Part shown: positions 10,421 to 22,207 of the stretch, piece by piece
How positions within the stretch are numbered: position 1 is the first letter of the stretch
Layout: each line of letters starts with the position of its first letter
Source of the DNA: Azolla caroliniana
Taxonomy: Eukaryota > Plantae > Polypodiophyta
Direction of reading: 5' to 3'
Assembly: GCA_043228905.1 (NCBI GenBank)
Contig: JBHGNT010000013.1
Coordinates: 19,158,001-19,222,000, forward strand
DNA: 64,000 bases
The notes under the pieces: model-generated
The model's input: the letters and a program-made list of their open reading frames with translations, nothing else
What the model was told of the DNA's origin: nothing
Database searches by the model: none
Position numbers and translations under genes: made by a program

Positions 10421-12786
10421 ATAGTACTCCATGACGTTCATAGACGACCACAACTGGAAGCTGTGGGTCTCACCATTGAAGACAAACGTCTTCAAGGAAT
10501 TTCATGCGAAAGTGGAAAGGGAAACCGGTTGGAAGCTGAAGGTGGTTCGAGCGAACAATGGAGGAGAATACCCAAGGCAGTTCGAGGAGTACTACCGGTC
10601 GAAGGGAATCCAGCTCGAATTCATTGTGCCGAAGACACCGTAGCTGAACGGATTGGCCGAAAGGATGAACTAGACTGTAATGGAGAGAGTGTAGAGCATG
10701 CTGGCACATGCTAAGCTGTCCAAGACGTTTTGGGCTGAGGCGCTAATGACGGCGACGTATGTGATAAATAGATCACCTTCAACACCCTTGGACGGAGACA
10801 CACCACAAAGAGTATGGACCGGTAAAGATGTGTCTTACCGGCATCTGAAGGTGTTTGACTGCCTCACCTACGTACGTGTTGCAAAGGACAAGAGAGCTAA
10901 ATTGGATCGAAAATCCTGACCATGCATATTCCTTGGATACGACAACGATGAGTTCGAGTACCGAGTGTGGGACTTGGTCGACAAGGCGGTTTTCCGGAGT
11001 CGAGATATAGTCTTCATGGAAGACAAGACAATTGCCTACTGGGTCGAAGAAGAAGATAGCGGACTCTGGATCGACTGACAGAGATCGGTCGAAAAACACA
11101 AGGACCCATCGGACTAGAAGCCGGACGACACTCGAAGAACCGGTCGGAGTCGGACAAGAATCTAAACCGACCAAAGAATTGGACATCGGAATTGGACAAG
11201 ACCCTGAATCGGATTCAGATGAAGAACAAACGAAGGAACCGGTGACCGAAGACCAAGGAAGGAGATATCCTCTCAGGGAGAGAAGAGCCCCCCGAATATT
11301 TCCGCATGCAAAGCATGTGTTGCTGACCGACGAGGGGGATCCGAGCTTTGTACCTTGGTAGATTTCCGACGTCTCCCAGTTTCAGCTTGTTCACCCACTT
11401 GTTCCGAAGTACTCTCTTTCCTTTCAGCAGCTCTGTGAATTCATATGTGTGGTTCAACAAAAGAAAGGAGTAGATTTCGATGAGATCTTTGCCCCGATAG
11501 TAAAGATGACATCCATCCAGATTGTGCTGAGCATTGTGGCAAGCATGAACCTCGAGGTCGAGCAGTTAGACATCAAGACAGTGTTCCTGCACAATGACCT
11601 CGAAGAAGAGATCTACATGCAACATCTGAAAGGATTTGTCAAGAAAGGGAAGGAGCACTTGGTGTTCCGGTTGAAGAAGAGCTTATACGGACTGAAGCAA
11701 GCTCCCCTTCATGACCGACCAAGGATACCACAAGACGCATGCCGACCACTGCGTGTTCGTGAAGAAATTTGACGGAGGTGACTTCCTAATACTTTTGCTG
11801 TATGTGGATGACATGTTGATCGTCGGACCATACCAGATCAAAATCGGAAATATAAAGAGGGCCTTGAACCGAACCTTCTCAATGAAAGATTTGGGTTCAG
11901 CGAGACAGACATTGGGGATGCACATAGTCTGGGACCGGACGAAGAAGCTATTGTGGCCGTCACAGGAAAAGTATGTGACAAAGGTGCTCCAACGATTCAA
12001 CATGTCAGATGTTAAGCCGGTCGGGTCGACACTTCCAGCAAACTGCAAGTTGTTTGGGAAGTAGAGCCCGAAGACAAATACAAAGAAGTCGGAGATTATG
12101 AAGATACCATACACCTCTACCGTTGGAAGCTTGATGTACGCAATGGTGTGTACCCGGCCGGATATCAGATATGCTATTGGAGTGGTCAGCTGGTTCATGA
12201 GCAATCCGGCAAGAGAACACTGGACCGCGGTCAAGTGGATACTCTAGTACTTGAAAGGCAACTCGAGTATGTGCCTCCGATTCGGCTTAGGAAAACCCCA
12301 ACTTGAAGGCTTCACCGATTCAAACATGTCGGCTTATGCGGATACTAGTCGATCTACATCCGGATATGTCATGGCATATGCAGAGGGAGCCATATCGTGG
12401 CAATCGAGGCTATAGAAGTCCGTTGCACTTTCAACAATGGAAGTGGAGTACATGGCAGCTGTGGAAGCTAGCAAAGAGGTAATCTAGATGAAGGACTTCA
12501 TCAGAGAGCTAGGGATCCGGCAGGAGGAATTTTGGCTCTACTATGACAGTCAAAGTACCATCCACCTCATGAAGAACGGGGCCTACCACTCCCGAACCAA
12601 GCACATCCAGAGGAGATATCACTCGCTCCAGGAGAAGGTAGAGGATAAAGAGTTATTCTTGAAAAAGATCCATACGGAGGAGAACAGGTCAGACATGCTG
12701 AGCAAGCTACTGTCAGTCGACAAGCTGGACGTATGCCAGAGATGGATCGGACTAACGAGACATCCCATGCCGAAGGAAGGAACCGA

Positions 12787-13663
12787 TGTAATGAAAATCC
12801 GCCAGTACGTGCGGATCGTGAGGCGGAACTACCAGGGTTCTAGACCGGAAGGATGTAGGGCTTAACGCTTAATGCACTTTAAGATCAAAGACGAGAGATT
12901 TCCCTCTAATAAGAGCAAATTGGTAGTATAAGAGATCGAATAATAGTTAATTACATTTATGCATAAGCAAATCTTCGAGTGAGATTGAATAATACTTCAT
13001 TATTCTTATGAGTAAGAAGGATTAGAGTAAGCAAGCATTAATAACACTTAATTTTACTTATACATAAGAAAAGTTTAAAGAAAGAGATCATGAGAGAGGA
13101 AACATGGAAAGCTTTTTATTACTAAATCATCACTATAATGGATCTATTTTGTTACATGTTTTGTTTTCTATCCCCTTTTAGGGTATAAGAGTATGAGAGA
13201 GGAAACATAAATATTTTCTTCTTCAAATCCCCTCCCCCTTCTTCTTAAAATAAGCTCTTATTTATAGGTTTAGGATTGCTTGCTTCCTTTCTTTTTCCCA
13301 AAAGTTTCTCTATATGAGTCAAGTTTTCTTTTTATCACTATTTCTGTTTTGTAATGTCAAATCAGACATGCAAGCTACTCTTAGAAAGCTATTTCTGTAG
13401 CTTTCTTATGCATCTTTCCTTTTCTAATTTGGACATTGGACGAGGAAATTACAATCTTTTTACTCGACTTTGCTCCTCATATCCACGACTAGCTTTTCTT
13501 TTCCTATCTTTTTCTCTATTTTTGTCTACTTTTGAAAACCGCTTCTAACTTTTTATCCTTTCATTTATTACTATAGTTGATTTAACAACATTAGTTTATT
13601 TGGACTACTATTTTATTCTCTTTTGAGGGTGGTTTCGCACTATGTGTCGAAAACATCACGACA
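12787..13663 (-). repeat. Solo LTR of the TGTCGTG-terminus (Trp-primed) Gypsy group
   Basis: TG...CA termini; flanks CCGA/CCGG; minus-strand start TGTCGTGATGTTTTCG; 13240-13663 is homologous to 20380-20863. Confidence 0.75.
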
Positions 13664-14158
13664 CCGGACCGGATAGGTTCGGAAGGTATTCGGATACCAG
13701 ATCGGATGGATCCGGAAGGAGTCTGGTATGAACCAGCAAATAGGAACATATGAGTAAATATGTTCAGACGTGACCATTCACGTCATATTTGTAAATAGTC
13801 CCAAAGTTATATAAGTATAAATATAACTAAGGCAATACTGTTATGTTGTTGTTAATCAACATTATAGATGTAGAGAGAGAGAGAGAGAGACACACACACA
13901 CACATAACTTATTTCTGTTGTAACCGCTGATCGGCGAAGATATAGAACTCGAGTTCGTTGCCTCTGAGTCTCGTGTTGTATCCTCCCTCTTATAGTGATA
14001 GTTGGAGTATGTGGGCTCTTGTGGTTTTTCCCGATTAGGGTTTTCCACGTAAACATTTGGTGTCATCTCTGTTGTCTATGTAAGTGCATTGCTTATTTCT
14101 GCGTACTTCCTCCATCGTGAGTTTGAGAGTCGTTGTGGTCGAGCACACTTCCTCACAC
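13664..14158 (+). repeat. Partial 3' LTR of Copia A1
   Basis: It shares ATTTGTAAATAG...AGTATAAATAT.ACT, a GA run, CTGTTGTAACCGC and GGGTTTTCCACGTA with the LTRs at 25515 and 30351. Confidence 0.7.
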
Positions 14159-16750
14159 TTCCTCGGTATCGAAGTAATTCGGACACCTGTTGGGATATTG
14201 ATCTCTCAACGACACTACATTCTCAACTTGCTCTACAAGTTCGGGATGACTGAGTGCAAACCTATGTCTACCCCTCTCGATCGAAATCTCAAACTCAATA
14301 TCGACTCAGGCACTACAGAGTGTGAGCCGACTCAGTACCGTCAACTAATCGGGAACTTAATATATCTTACCATCACACGACCTGACCTCAACTATTCGGT
14401 TGGTCTACATAGCCGATTCATGCAGAAACCTCAGGATTTACATCTCGATTGTGCTAAGCGGGTACTTAGGTATATCTGTGGGACAATGGATTTCGGCATC
14501 TTGTATCAATCGAACACGATCATTCGACTCGAAGGGTATATAGATGTTGATTGGGCCGACTATAAAACCGATAGATGATCAACATCGAGATTCATCTTCC
14601 CCCTCGGCAGCGGAGCCATCTCGTGGAGCAGCAAGAAGAAGCTGACAATCACATTGTCGAACACTAAAGCCGAATATATATAAGGGTGTGGTTGTCGCCA
14701 CATTGTCGTGAGGATTTTCGGGTACGGTGAGAAAACCGAGTGGGACGAGTAGAACGGGGATGTGCAACATTGCACATGCACTTAGGAAATTTGTAAATAG
14801 GAATAAGCAAAACAAATGTATAAGGAAGGGTGTAATGCAAGGTGCAAAAAATACACTACGAAGTTTGTGAAGAATAAATGTGATGTGTATTTAGGTGCAT
14901 ATGCACAATAGACTACGGGGAGTGCATGGAAGTTAGGGGTGTAAAAAGTAGAAGGCATGGTAGTGTGTGGAGAGGGAGTTAAGGCCCCTAAATCACTCCT
15001 CCTAAAATTAAGGCAAATATTCCTCTTTGAAAAGAGTGGAATATTTGGTCTCTCCTTTCTGTAACGGCCTTCCCTCCTTGGACTATAAAAGGAGAGGAAG
15101 GGGCTCTTATGAAGGGACACCATTTTGTTGTTTCGGGGTAGACCATTAGGGTTTTATTTCTTCTTCATCTTATCCCTATTTTGTTTTAGGGTTTCATTTG
15201 GTCACCATGGTAGTAGTTAGGAAGGTTTAGGGTTTCCTTATCTCTCTCTTTAGTCATTATCATTTCCTCTAATTGGCCATGGTTATAATCGTATTGTGGT
15301 TTTTGTGCCCTATAATGGAATTAGCTTGATGAACGTTGTCTCCATCTATTTCTCTACCGTGTTAATGTCGTCTTCTTTCTCCTACCCCTTTGAGCTCGAA
15401 GGTCATAAGGGATAAGCTCCCTAATCCAAGACCCCCGTGGTTCCGCCCAAGCCGACATGTACCCGTGGATTTCCGCGACAACGTGTGAAGCCGTGAGGCT
15501 ATAAAGAATTTTGAAGGATTTGGGCATTCCCATCAAGGATCTGATTCTCCTATACTGCGACAACATGAGTAATATCTACCTGGCTTGGAACCCGGTGTTC
15601 CACGCGCGAACTAAGCACATTCAAGTACACTATCACTTAATCTGAGAGCGCGTTCAAGTTGGCGATGTCGATCTTCACCAAGCCGCTAGGATCGGACAAG
15701 TTGCAACACTTCACCAAAATGCTTGGTGTTCAGCATCTCAACGTGCTGCACTTGAGGGGTAGAAAAGGAAAGGGAACGGATGGCACCGGACATGGAACCG
15801 GGAAGGGAAGAACCAACAAAGGGGGACACGAGAGGAAAAAGGAAGCCGAGTCGACGAAAGAAGTCGGCACGTCCGAACAGGTCGAAACGAGTGGTAGAGT
15901 CAAGAAGGACAGAGCCGACCAGAAGGAGAATGCCAAGACTCGGACATGGTCTGATATGGTAAAGGGCATGAAATCGGAAGCCGAGTTGGACAACACCGAT
16001 TCAGACAAGAGCTAGAATGAATCGGGAGCGACCGATTCGGACAAGAGCTAGAATGAATCGAAGGAAATCAATTCGGTTCAAGATTCGGAGAAGTCGGATC
16101 AACTAAAGGCCAAACGGACACAGACGCAGCGGAAGTCGATGCCAACACGAAGGAACCGATGGGTCGACAAGCGCCGGATTCGCAGCAGCAAGGGAGTTGA
16201 AATGGGCCTATTGAGCAGACAAGCCGACCGAGGAGGTCGAGGTGTGCAGAACCATAAGGGTTGCGGCAAACAAGACCAGATTGGAAGAGGAGCGCGAGCA
16301 AGGCAGAGCAACGCCAGAAGGAGCCGCGTAGAAGAACCCATAAAGATGTACGAGCATTTGTGCGTGTGTTTGTGTCTTCCTTGTACGTTCGGTCGTCTTG
16401 TGACGAGGGAGCGTTTAGGCTTGCCCATGCACCTCTCCTCCTCATAAAGGTGTACGAGCATTTGTGTGTGTGTTTTGTGTCTTCCTTGTATGTTCAACGT
16501 CTTGTGACAACGGAGCGTTCGAGCGTGCCCATGCACCTCTCCTCCTCAAAAAGACGTACGGACATTCGTCCTTGTGTTATCGTCCCCTTGTGTGTTCATC
16601 TTGTGTGCTCATCTTTGCTTGTACCCATTTGATCACTTGGCTCGTGTGGTGATCTCGAAAACTCAACGAGTCATGATTAACGAAAGTCACCGGCCTCACA
16701 AAAAGGGGCAACGAGCCCTTGCTCGGGAAGGGGTCGGGAAGTAGTATTGT
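14159..16750 (+). mobile_element. Degenerate Copia RT-RNase H 3' half with a long 3' region, split by a solo LTR
   Basis: FLGIEVIRTP...TRPDL...DWA (14159-14700) continues after 15480 (CEAV...YCDN...HARTKHI). The 3' region has 2x ~36-bp (15995-16060) and 2x ~105-bp (16346-16560) duplications. The right boundary is uncertain. Confidence 0.8.
14704..15480 (+). repeat. Solo LTR (777 bp) of the Trp-primed Gypsy group
   Basis: Termini TGTCGTG...CGCGACA; flanks ACAT/ACGT; TATAAAA at ~15084; the host RNase H sequence rejoins across it. Confidence 0.88.
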
Positions 16751-16779
16751 TGTAAAGCAAACCTCAGGTCTTCACTATC

Positions 16780-16851
16780 CCTTTAGTACTCCCTAGTCCA
16801 AGACCCCCATGGTCCCGCCCAAGTAACACACACACCCAAAACTTCGCGACA
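16780..16851 (+). repeat. 3' end fragment of another LTR of the same group
   Basis: TCCAAGACCCCCATGGTCCCGCCCAAG...TTCGCGACA matches 15425-15480. The right flank is ACGG. Confidence 0.65.
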
Positions 16852-18786
16852 ACGGCCTAGTCGGTCATGAGCCCATCGTCCATCTCCAAAAGGGGACCCA
16901 CCTTCTCCCGATCCTACGCGTCCACAAACTTGACGAATAACAGGACACGGTCTTGTCGAACGCCGAGAGTCGGGCAAACCGTTTCTCGAACTCCTGGAGG
17001 AGCACCGACATGTTCCTCCCCTTGCCGGGAGTCTCAACCCATTCCATGAATTCCTGTTTTGATAACCGAAGCGAGTCGTCAAACCTGTACTTCTCGAGGA
17101 GCCGCCCTTCGAACCCCCCCCCAGTTTTGGCAACCGGCCTACACTTCGAGCACCTCCGCGTGGATGCGGACAATCGTTTGTCCTCTGGAATGTCCCTCAT
17201 TATCATTTCGGCCCGGTAGGCCTCAAGATAGCTCGTCGCGTTCTTACCTTTAATCTGGCCTATTGTGTCGATGATTGTTTCGATGGCCCAATCGAGGTTA
17301 CCCGTAGCTTCACGAGCATTCACCAGTCGGTCCAGAGCTGCCGCCATGGCTTCGGCAAGTTCAGTTCCCCTCATCTTCACACTCCTCTGGCACCTGCTTC
17401 ACGTCAGGTTCACCAAATTATGTCGTGTAATTACATGTACATGTAAGAAACGAAGGCGGGACCACAGGGGTCCTGACCGAGGAGCGTGAGAAAGGGGGAA
17501 AGTGAAACAAAGAGCGTGTTGTCGTGAAGATTTTCGGCTATAGTGTGAAACCGGGGTGGAATAGGGCAAGTCGGTGGTGTGCAACACGTGCACTTGTACA
17601 GTAGGAAAACGTTGTATAGACTAGGGGGAGTATTGATCCCACATTGTAACGTTCCTCCCTCCTTGGACTATAAAAGGAAGGCAGGGGTCCCTTGTGAAGG
17701 GGTTGCCCATTTTTGTGTTAGAGGGTATACCGTTAGTTTAGGGTTAGGTCGTTTCTCTTACTCTTGCTTCGATCTAGGGTTCCTTCTTGGTAGTTCCCTT
17801 TTCTTCTTCTTCTTCTTCTTCGTCGTGTTGGTGGAGAGTTCGTGTCGGTTTTGGGTTTGCTTCTGCCCGGCCTCCTGTGCAAGACCCCACACGACGCGAC
17901 GGGGCCGAGAGCTCCCCGATCGGCGGCTTGGCAGCTGACTGCCATTGTAACATACCCTACCTTGGTCCGGCTTGAAGCCGGGGTTGTATTCTTTCCCTTG
18001 TAATATACATACTCATATTTGTTTGTGCATATTGGTGAATTTGGTGGTGTCGGGAGCACAGCGCCTTTGCTTCCTGTGCATAAGAGTTGGTGCCGCGTGC
18101 ATGCTCTCCCTCTCCTTTGTCTCTCTCTCTCTCTCGTGTTCGGTTGCATCCGGGTCATGTCCGGTGTCGGTTTTCTTGGCATCTCTTTTCTCCCTCGTTC
18201 GAGACCCCCGTGGTCCCACCCCCTTCTACACGCACACGCGTAATAACCCGACAGCGTGTCGGGCAAGCGTTGAATGTCAGCAAGCACAGAGCTCAACCGG
18301 CTCGGTTGCGTTCAAATCAATGCAGAAGACAACTAGAAGAGAAAGAAATCCTCAATCGATTAGGAACGGATTACAACCGGCTTGGTCGTAACTGAGCCTT
18401 TACTCAGTCGACAACACTCACACACACACAACATAGGCGAGATAAGCCGTGGAGCCTCTGTCGGGAGCGCACGAGCTTCCTACACGATCAGAGGCGCCCG
18501 GTAAAAGAACTCCTATAGAGGACACGATAGCGATCGGTGCTCGGTACCCAGTCCAACAACACTTCCTCCTCCCAAAACGTGAATCCCCAACTCAGTCCTC
18601 TCTCCTTCCTTTTATAGACCAAGGAGCGAGAGGGTTGTTACATCAAGTAGTTATTCTCTGCCCTTTCGGACAGAGATTCGCCTAGATTTATTTGTCCTAT
18701 TAAAGCTTCGTACGTCATGCTAACCTAGCTACGGTTCACACACCTTTGGTCTCCGTTTCTTCTTGTAGCCGGTTTTCCCCACGACA
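16852..18786 (-). mobile_element. Remnant of Trp-primed Gypsy E3: partial gag, PBS (17399-17415) and 5' LTR (17421-18786, split by a solo LTR)
   Basis: MRGTELAEAMAAALDRLVNAREATG is homologous to E1 gag. PBS is TGGTGAACCTGACGTGA. The LTR ends GGTTTTCCCCACGACA. Confidence 0.88.
17520..18253 (+). repeat. Solo LTR (734 bp) nested in the E3 LTR
   Basis: Termini TGTCGTG...CCGACA; CCTTGGACTATAAAAGG is shared with 14704-15480; flanks GTGT/GCGT (alternatively 6-bp GCGTGT). Confidence 0.85.
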
Positions 18787-19893
18787 TCGTCGTAGTCGGA
18801 ATTCGTAGTGTAATTCGTAAACATTCCACTACGATTGTAGTAGTTGGAATTCGATGCGTAGTTCGTGAGATGTCGGCTAGTTGAAGCTGAGTCTCGTACC
18901 TTTTTCTGGCACTCCTCTTCATAGTGGTCGTGTTTTCCACAATACCCACATTAGATCGGGTTGTTACGATTGCTCGGTTCGATGTGATGAGTCCTCCTTC
19001 TACCGAACTCTCTGGAACCGTTCCTTTCTGCTTGCCATTGGTGGGGGTTATGCTCTTGAGTTTGCCGACCATTACGGCCTTGTTCGAATCGACCTCTATT
19101 TCCACGGCCGAAATTTCTTCTATCATCCGACTGGGAGTAGAGCATATGACCCTTTGGTGCATTGCTCTTTTGTCGGGCGTGATTTTCCTCAACCAACAAT
19201 ATTGATTGGAGATCGAAAAATGAAGGAGTGTTCTCCCTTGCAAGGATGGCCGATCTAATCGAGCCAAATCGGGGTGCTAAGCTGCCGAGGCATATTTGCA
19301 CCATCTCATCATCGTCGATTATGACATTAATAGAACTGAGGGCATCTCACAACTCCTTGATCTTTAAGGTATAACCGGTGATCGACATGTCCCTCTATTG
19401 CATGTTGTTTAGCTCCTGTCGAAGTTGGAGCTTTCGTGCAACCGTGTTGGCCGCAAAAATCTTCTTGAGATTTCCCCAAGCTTCTTTCAGGGTTTTCGAA
19501 TCTCGAATATAGCCAAGCATATGATCACGAACGCATAATGCAACAGAATACAACACACGGCTTGCGGCCTGCTCCCAAGCGGGATAGTCGGCATGTGTTG
19601 GGTTGGGTTGAGTTTCGTGAGCTCCTTCAATGTAGCTCCAGTAACCTTGTCCGACAAGGTATTGATGCATCTTGTATTCCCAAGATGCAAAATTCGTTCT
19701 GTCAAGCTTCTCGGTAGGAAGAGCGCTTCCCATCTAAGTGTTCATTATGTCGATTTCTTCTCTGTTGATGAGTCAGTTTTGTTGATCGTCGGCGTGTACC
19801 ATAGCACAGTTGAATAGATTCGATTAAGCAACCACACGCTCTGATACCATGTAAAGAAATGAGGATCAAGAGTGGTTGAGATGCAGCGGAAGG

Positions 19894-19943
<50 letters not shown>

Positions 19944-19949
19944 TAAGGC

Positions 19950-19981
<32 letters not shown>

Positions 19982-20175
19982 GCTTAAGACAGAGATAAAA
20001 GACTGTATGTTACATTAACCAGAATACTTCCAACAGTAACTAAGTTACAAGGGGTTGGTTTAAATACCAACTGAGCTAAGGTAAGTGCCCTTTCTACTAT
20101 TTACAAAACTAGCCTGATATGCCCATGAGCTAGTGTGAAACCTATTGCTATGGGAAGTTGAGTTCGACTCTCTAT
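18787..20175 (-). mobile_element. Copia C 5' remnant: gag fragment, tRNA-Met PBS (19838-19849) and LTR (19850-~20175)
   Basis: MGSALPTEKLDRTNFASWEYKM is a Copia gag N-terminus. The minus strand reads TGGTATCAGAGC directly after the LTR end. Confidence 0.88.
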
Positions 20176-20863
20176 AGTAAGAATCAGGTTATAATGGGTT
20201 GGATATGAATATGAGAGATGATTTATAAAGGAAGGGGGAAGAGAGATGGAGAAAATAAGAGAGTGGATTATAGAGGAGGGAGATTCTTGGTTGATGATGC
20301 CTCTTGATGTTATTGAACCTTCTTCTTTTGCCTTCCAATTGAGTAAAGTTTCCACGTTCCTTCTCCCTTCCCCCTCTTCTTCTCTAGAATAGGCGCTTAT
20401 TTATAGGGTTTCTATTGCTTGCCTTTTCCCCTAAAAGAAACTTGTCTATGTGAGTTGGTTTCCCTTTCATCATTATTTTTGTTCCGTAACCTCAAATTTG
20501 ACATTCAAGATATTCTTGGAAAGCTCTTTCTGTTAGCTTTCTTATGTATCTTTCTTTTTTTAATTTGAACATATGTCGAGGAAATTACGAGCTTTTTACT
20601 CTACCTTGCTCCTCATATTCACGCCTAGCTTTTCTTTTCCCATTTTTTTCTCTACTTTTGTCTACTTTTGAAAACCACTTCTAACTTTATATTCCTCATC
20701 ATTTATTGTAAGATTTAATCCTTTGACCTTTTATTTATAAGGAATTCTCTTTGAAAAAGCATTTTCTTACTAATAAAGTTGACTTCATAATATTAGTTTA
20801 TTTGAACTACTATTTTACTTCTTTTTTAGGGTGGTTTCACACCGTGTCGAAAACATCACGACA
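20176..20863 (-). repeat. Partial LTR homologous to 12787-13663
   Basis: About 480 bp of clear similarity ends in AAAACATCACGACA. The right flank is TCGG. Confidence 0.75.
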
Positions 20864-21875
20864 TCGGGGGCCTTGTTCGGAAGGAGGTTTGATTCTGCTT
20901 TTCGGCCAAGAAATCTATGCACTTCTCATGTTGCACATTCTCCACATCCGAAATGAGGTTATCATCGGCAAGTTTTCGCATCATGGCTCATGTGGCATAG
21001 CCTCTCGTGCCACAACTCACCAACTATGTCTGCTGCAAAAATTTATTTTCTCCCGGCATAATCGAGCATGCATCAAGTATAGTGTGTTGGTTTTCCGGGC
21101 TCGGGCCACGATCAAACTCCCTTTGAAGAACTTTATGACTCCGTTTTGAATGCTACCCGTGTAGCCTTCATCATCCAGTCGACCGGCTGATATCAGATTT
21201 AATCTGACTTTTGGAACATGTCGAACATCTCTCAATACAAGTCTGCACCCGATTGAGCTTACCAAACACACATCTCCTATGCCGGAAATTCGGCATGCCC
21301 CTTCATTTCCCATCTTTACAGACCCAAGATCTCTGGCTCTATAAGATGAGAAGCATTTCTGGTCGGGAGTTAGGTGGAATGATGCACCTGAATTTACCAC
21401 CCACGTCGATTCATCATTGACAAGGTTCACTTCATTTTGCCCAATGATGAGCAACAACTCATCCTCACTTGTTGCAATAGCCGACGTGCCTTTTTCAAGT
21501 CGTTGGCTCCCCCTTCTCCTTTCGTAAGTGTCGACAGTTCTTCTAGAAGTGCCTTGGCTTTCCACAGTAAAAGCATGTGGGCCTTCCCCTTGACTTCGAC
21601 CTCGCCCCCGACTTCTCCTGGTTCTAGGGACTCAAATTTCGGCCTCATCCTCTATATGTATCACTTTCCGTGACTAGGGCCTTCCGGTCGGAAATTGCCT
21701 CCTTATCCCTCCGACGAGCTTCCTCATTCAGCAAGCTCGATTCCACCTTCTCTAGGGTCAGATGCTTCCCTTCTTGTCGAGCAAGTCCTAGTGTGCCAAC
21801 AAGTGTCTCCCAACTATTCGGAAGGGATCCCAGCAATTAAAGTGCTAATACCTCATCAGCTAGAGGTACTTCTAA
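20864..21875 (-). pseudogene. Copia A-family gag-protease-GAG-pre-integrase fragment
   Basis: SWETLVGTLG..SSLLNEEARRRDK, WVVNSGASFHL and LNLISAGRLDDEGY match 26690-27750 of the young element. Confidence 0.88.
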
Positions 21876-21907
21876 AGAGGTGGTTTGGTTGATGAGTCCT
21901 TGGAAGG

Positions 21908-21985
21908 TGTAAAGAAATGGGTGACGTAGGTGATGTTGTGTAGTGGAAGTGAATTATGTGTGAGTACGTAAGGCGTGCAGAGAGA

Positions 21986-22024
<39 letters not shown>

Positions 22025-22207
22025 ACAAGAAGTTGTATTGGTGAAAAATATAATTACATCCAACAGTAACTAAGTTACAGAAAGTTGGTTTAAATACCAA
22101 CTAGTCTAGGGCAAGTGCCCTTTCAACTATTTACAAAACTAGCCTAGTATGTCCATTGGCTAGTGTGAAAGCACTTCATTGGGGAAGTTGAGTTTGATTC
22201 TCAACAC
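21908..22207 (-). repeat. LTR of the Copia C type (300 bp)
   Basis: Termini TGTAAAGAAATG...TCTCAACA; 22060-22207 is homologous to 20030-20175. Confidence 0.8.

Larger units (their letters stand above)
6896..12780 (+). mobile_element. Degenerate Ty1/Copia A1 (INT-RT-RH), same family as the young element at 25515; interrupted by a chromovirus at 6955-10420
   Basis: 6896-6954 (ELVHTEVCQVDTKSH) continues at 10426 (TFIDDH...). It aligns by eye to 27770-30335, with many stops, YVDDMLIV and HSRTKHIQRRYH. Confidence 0.92.
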
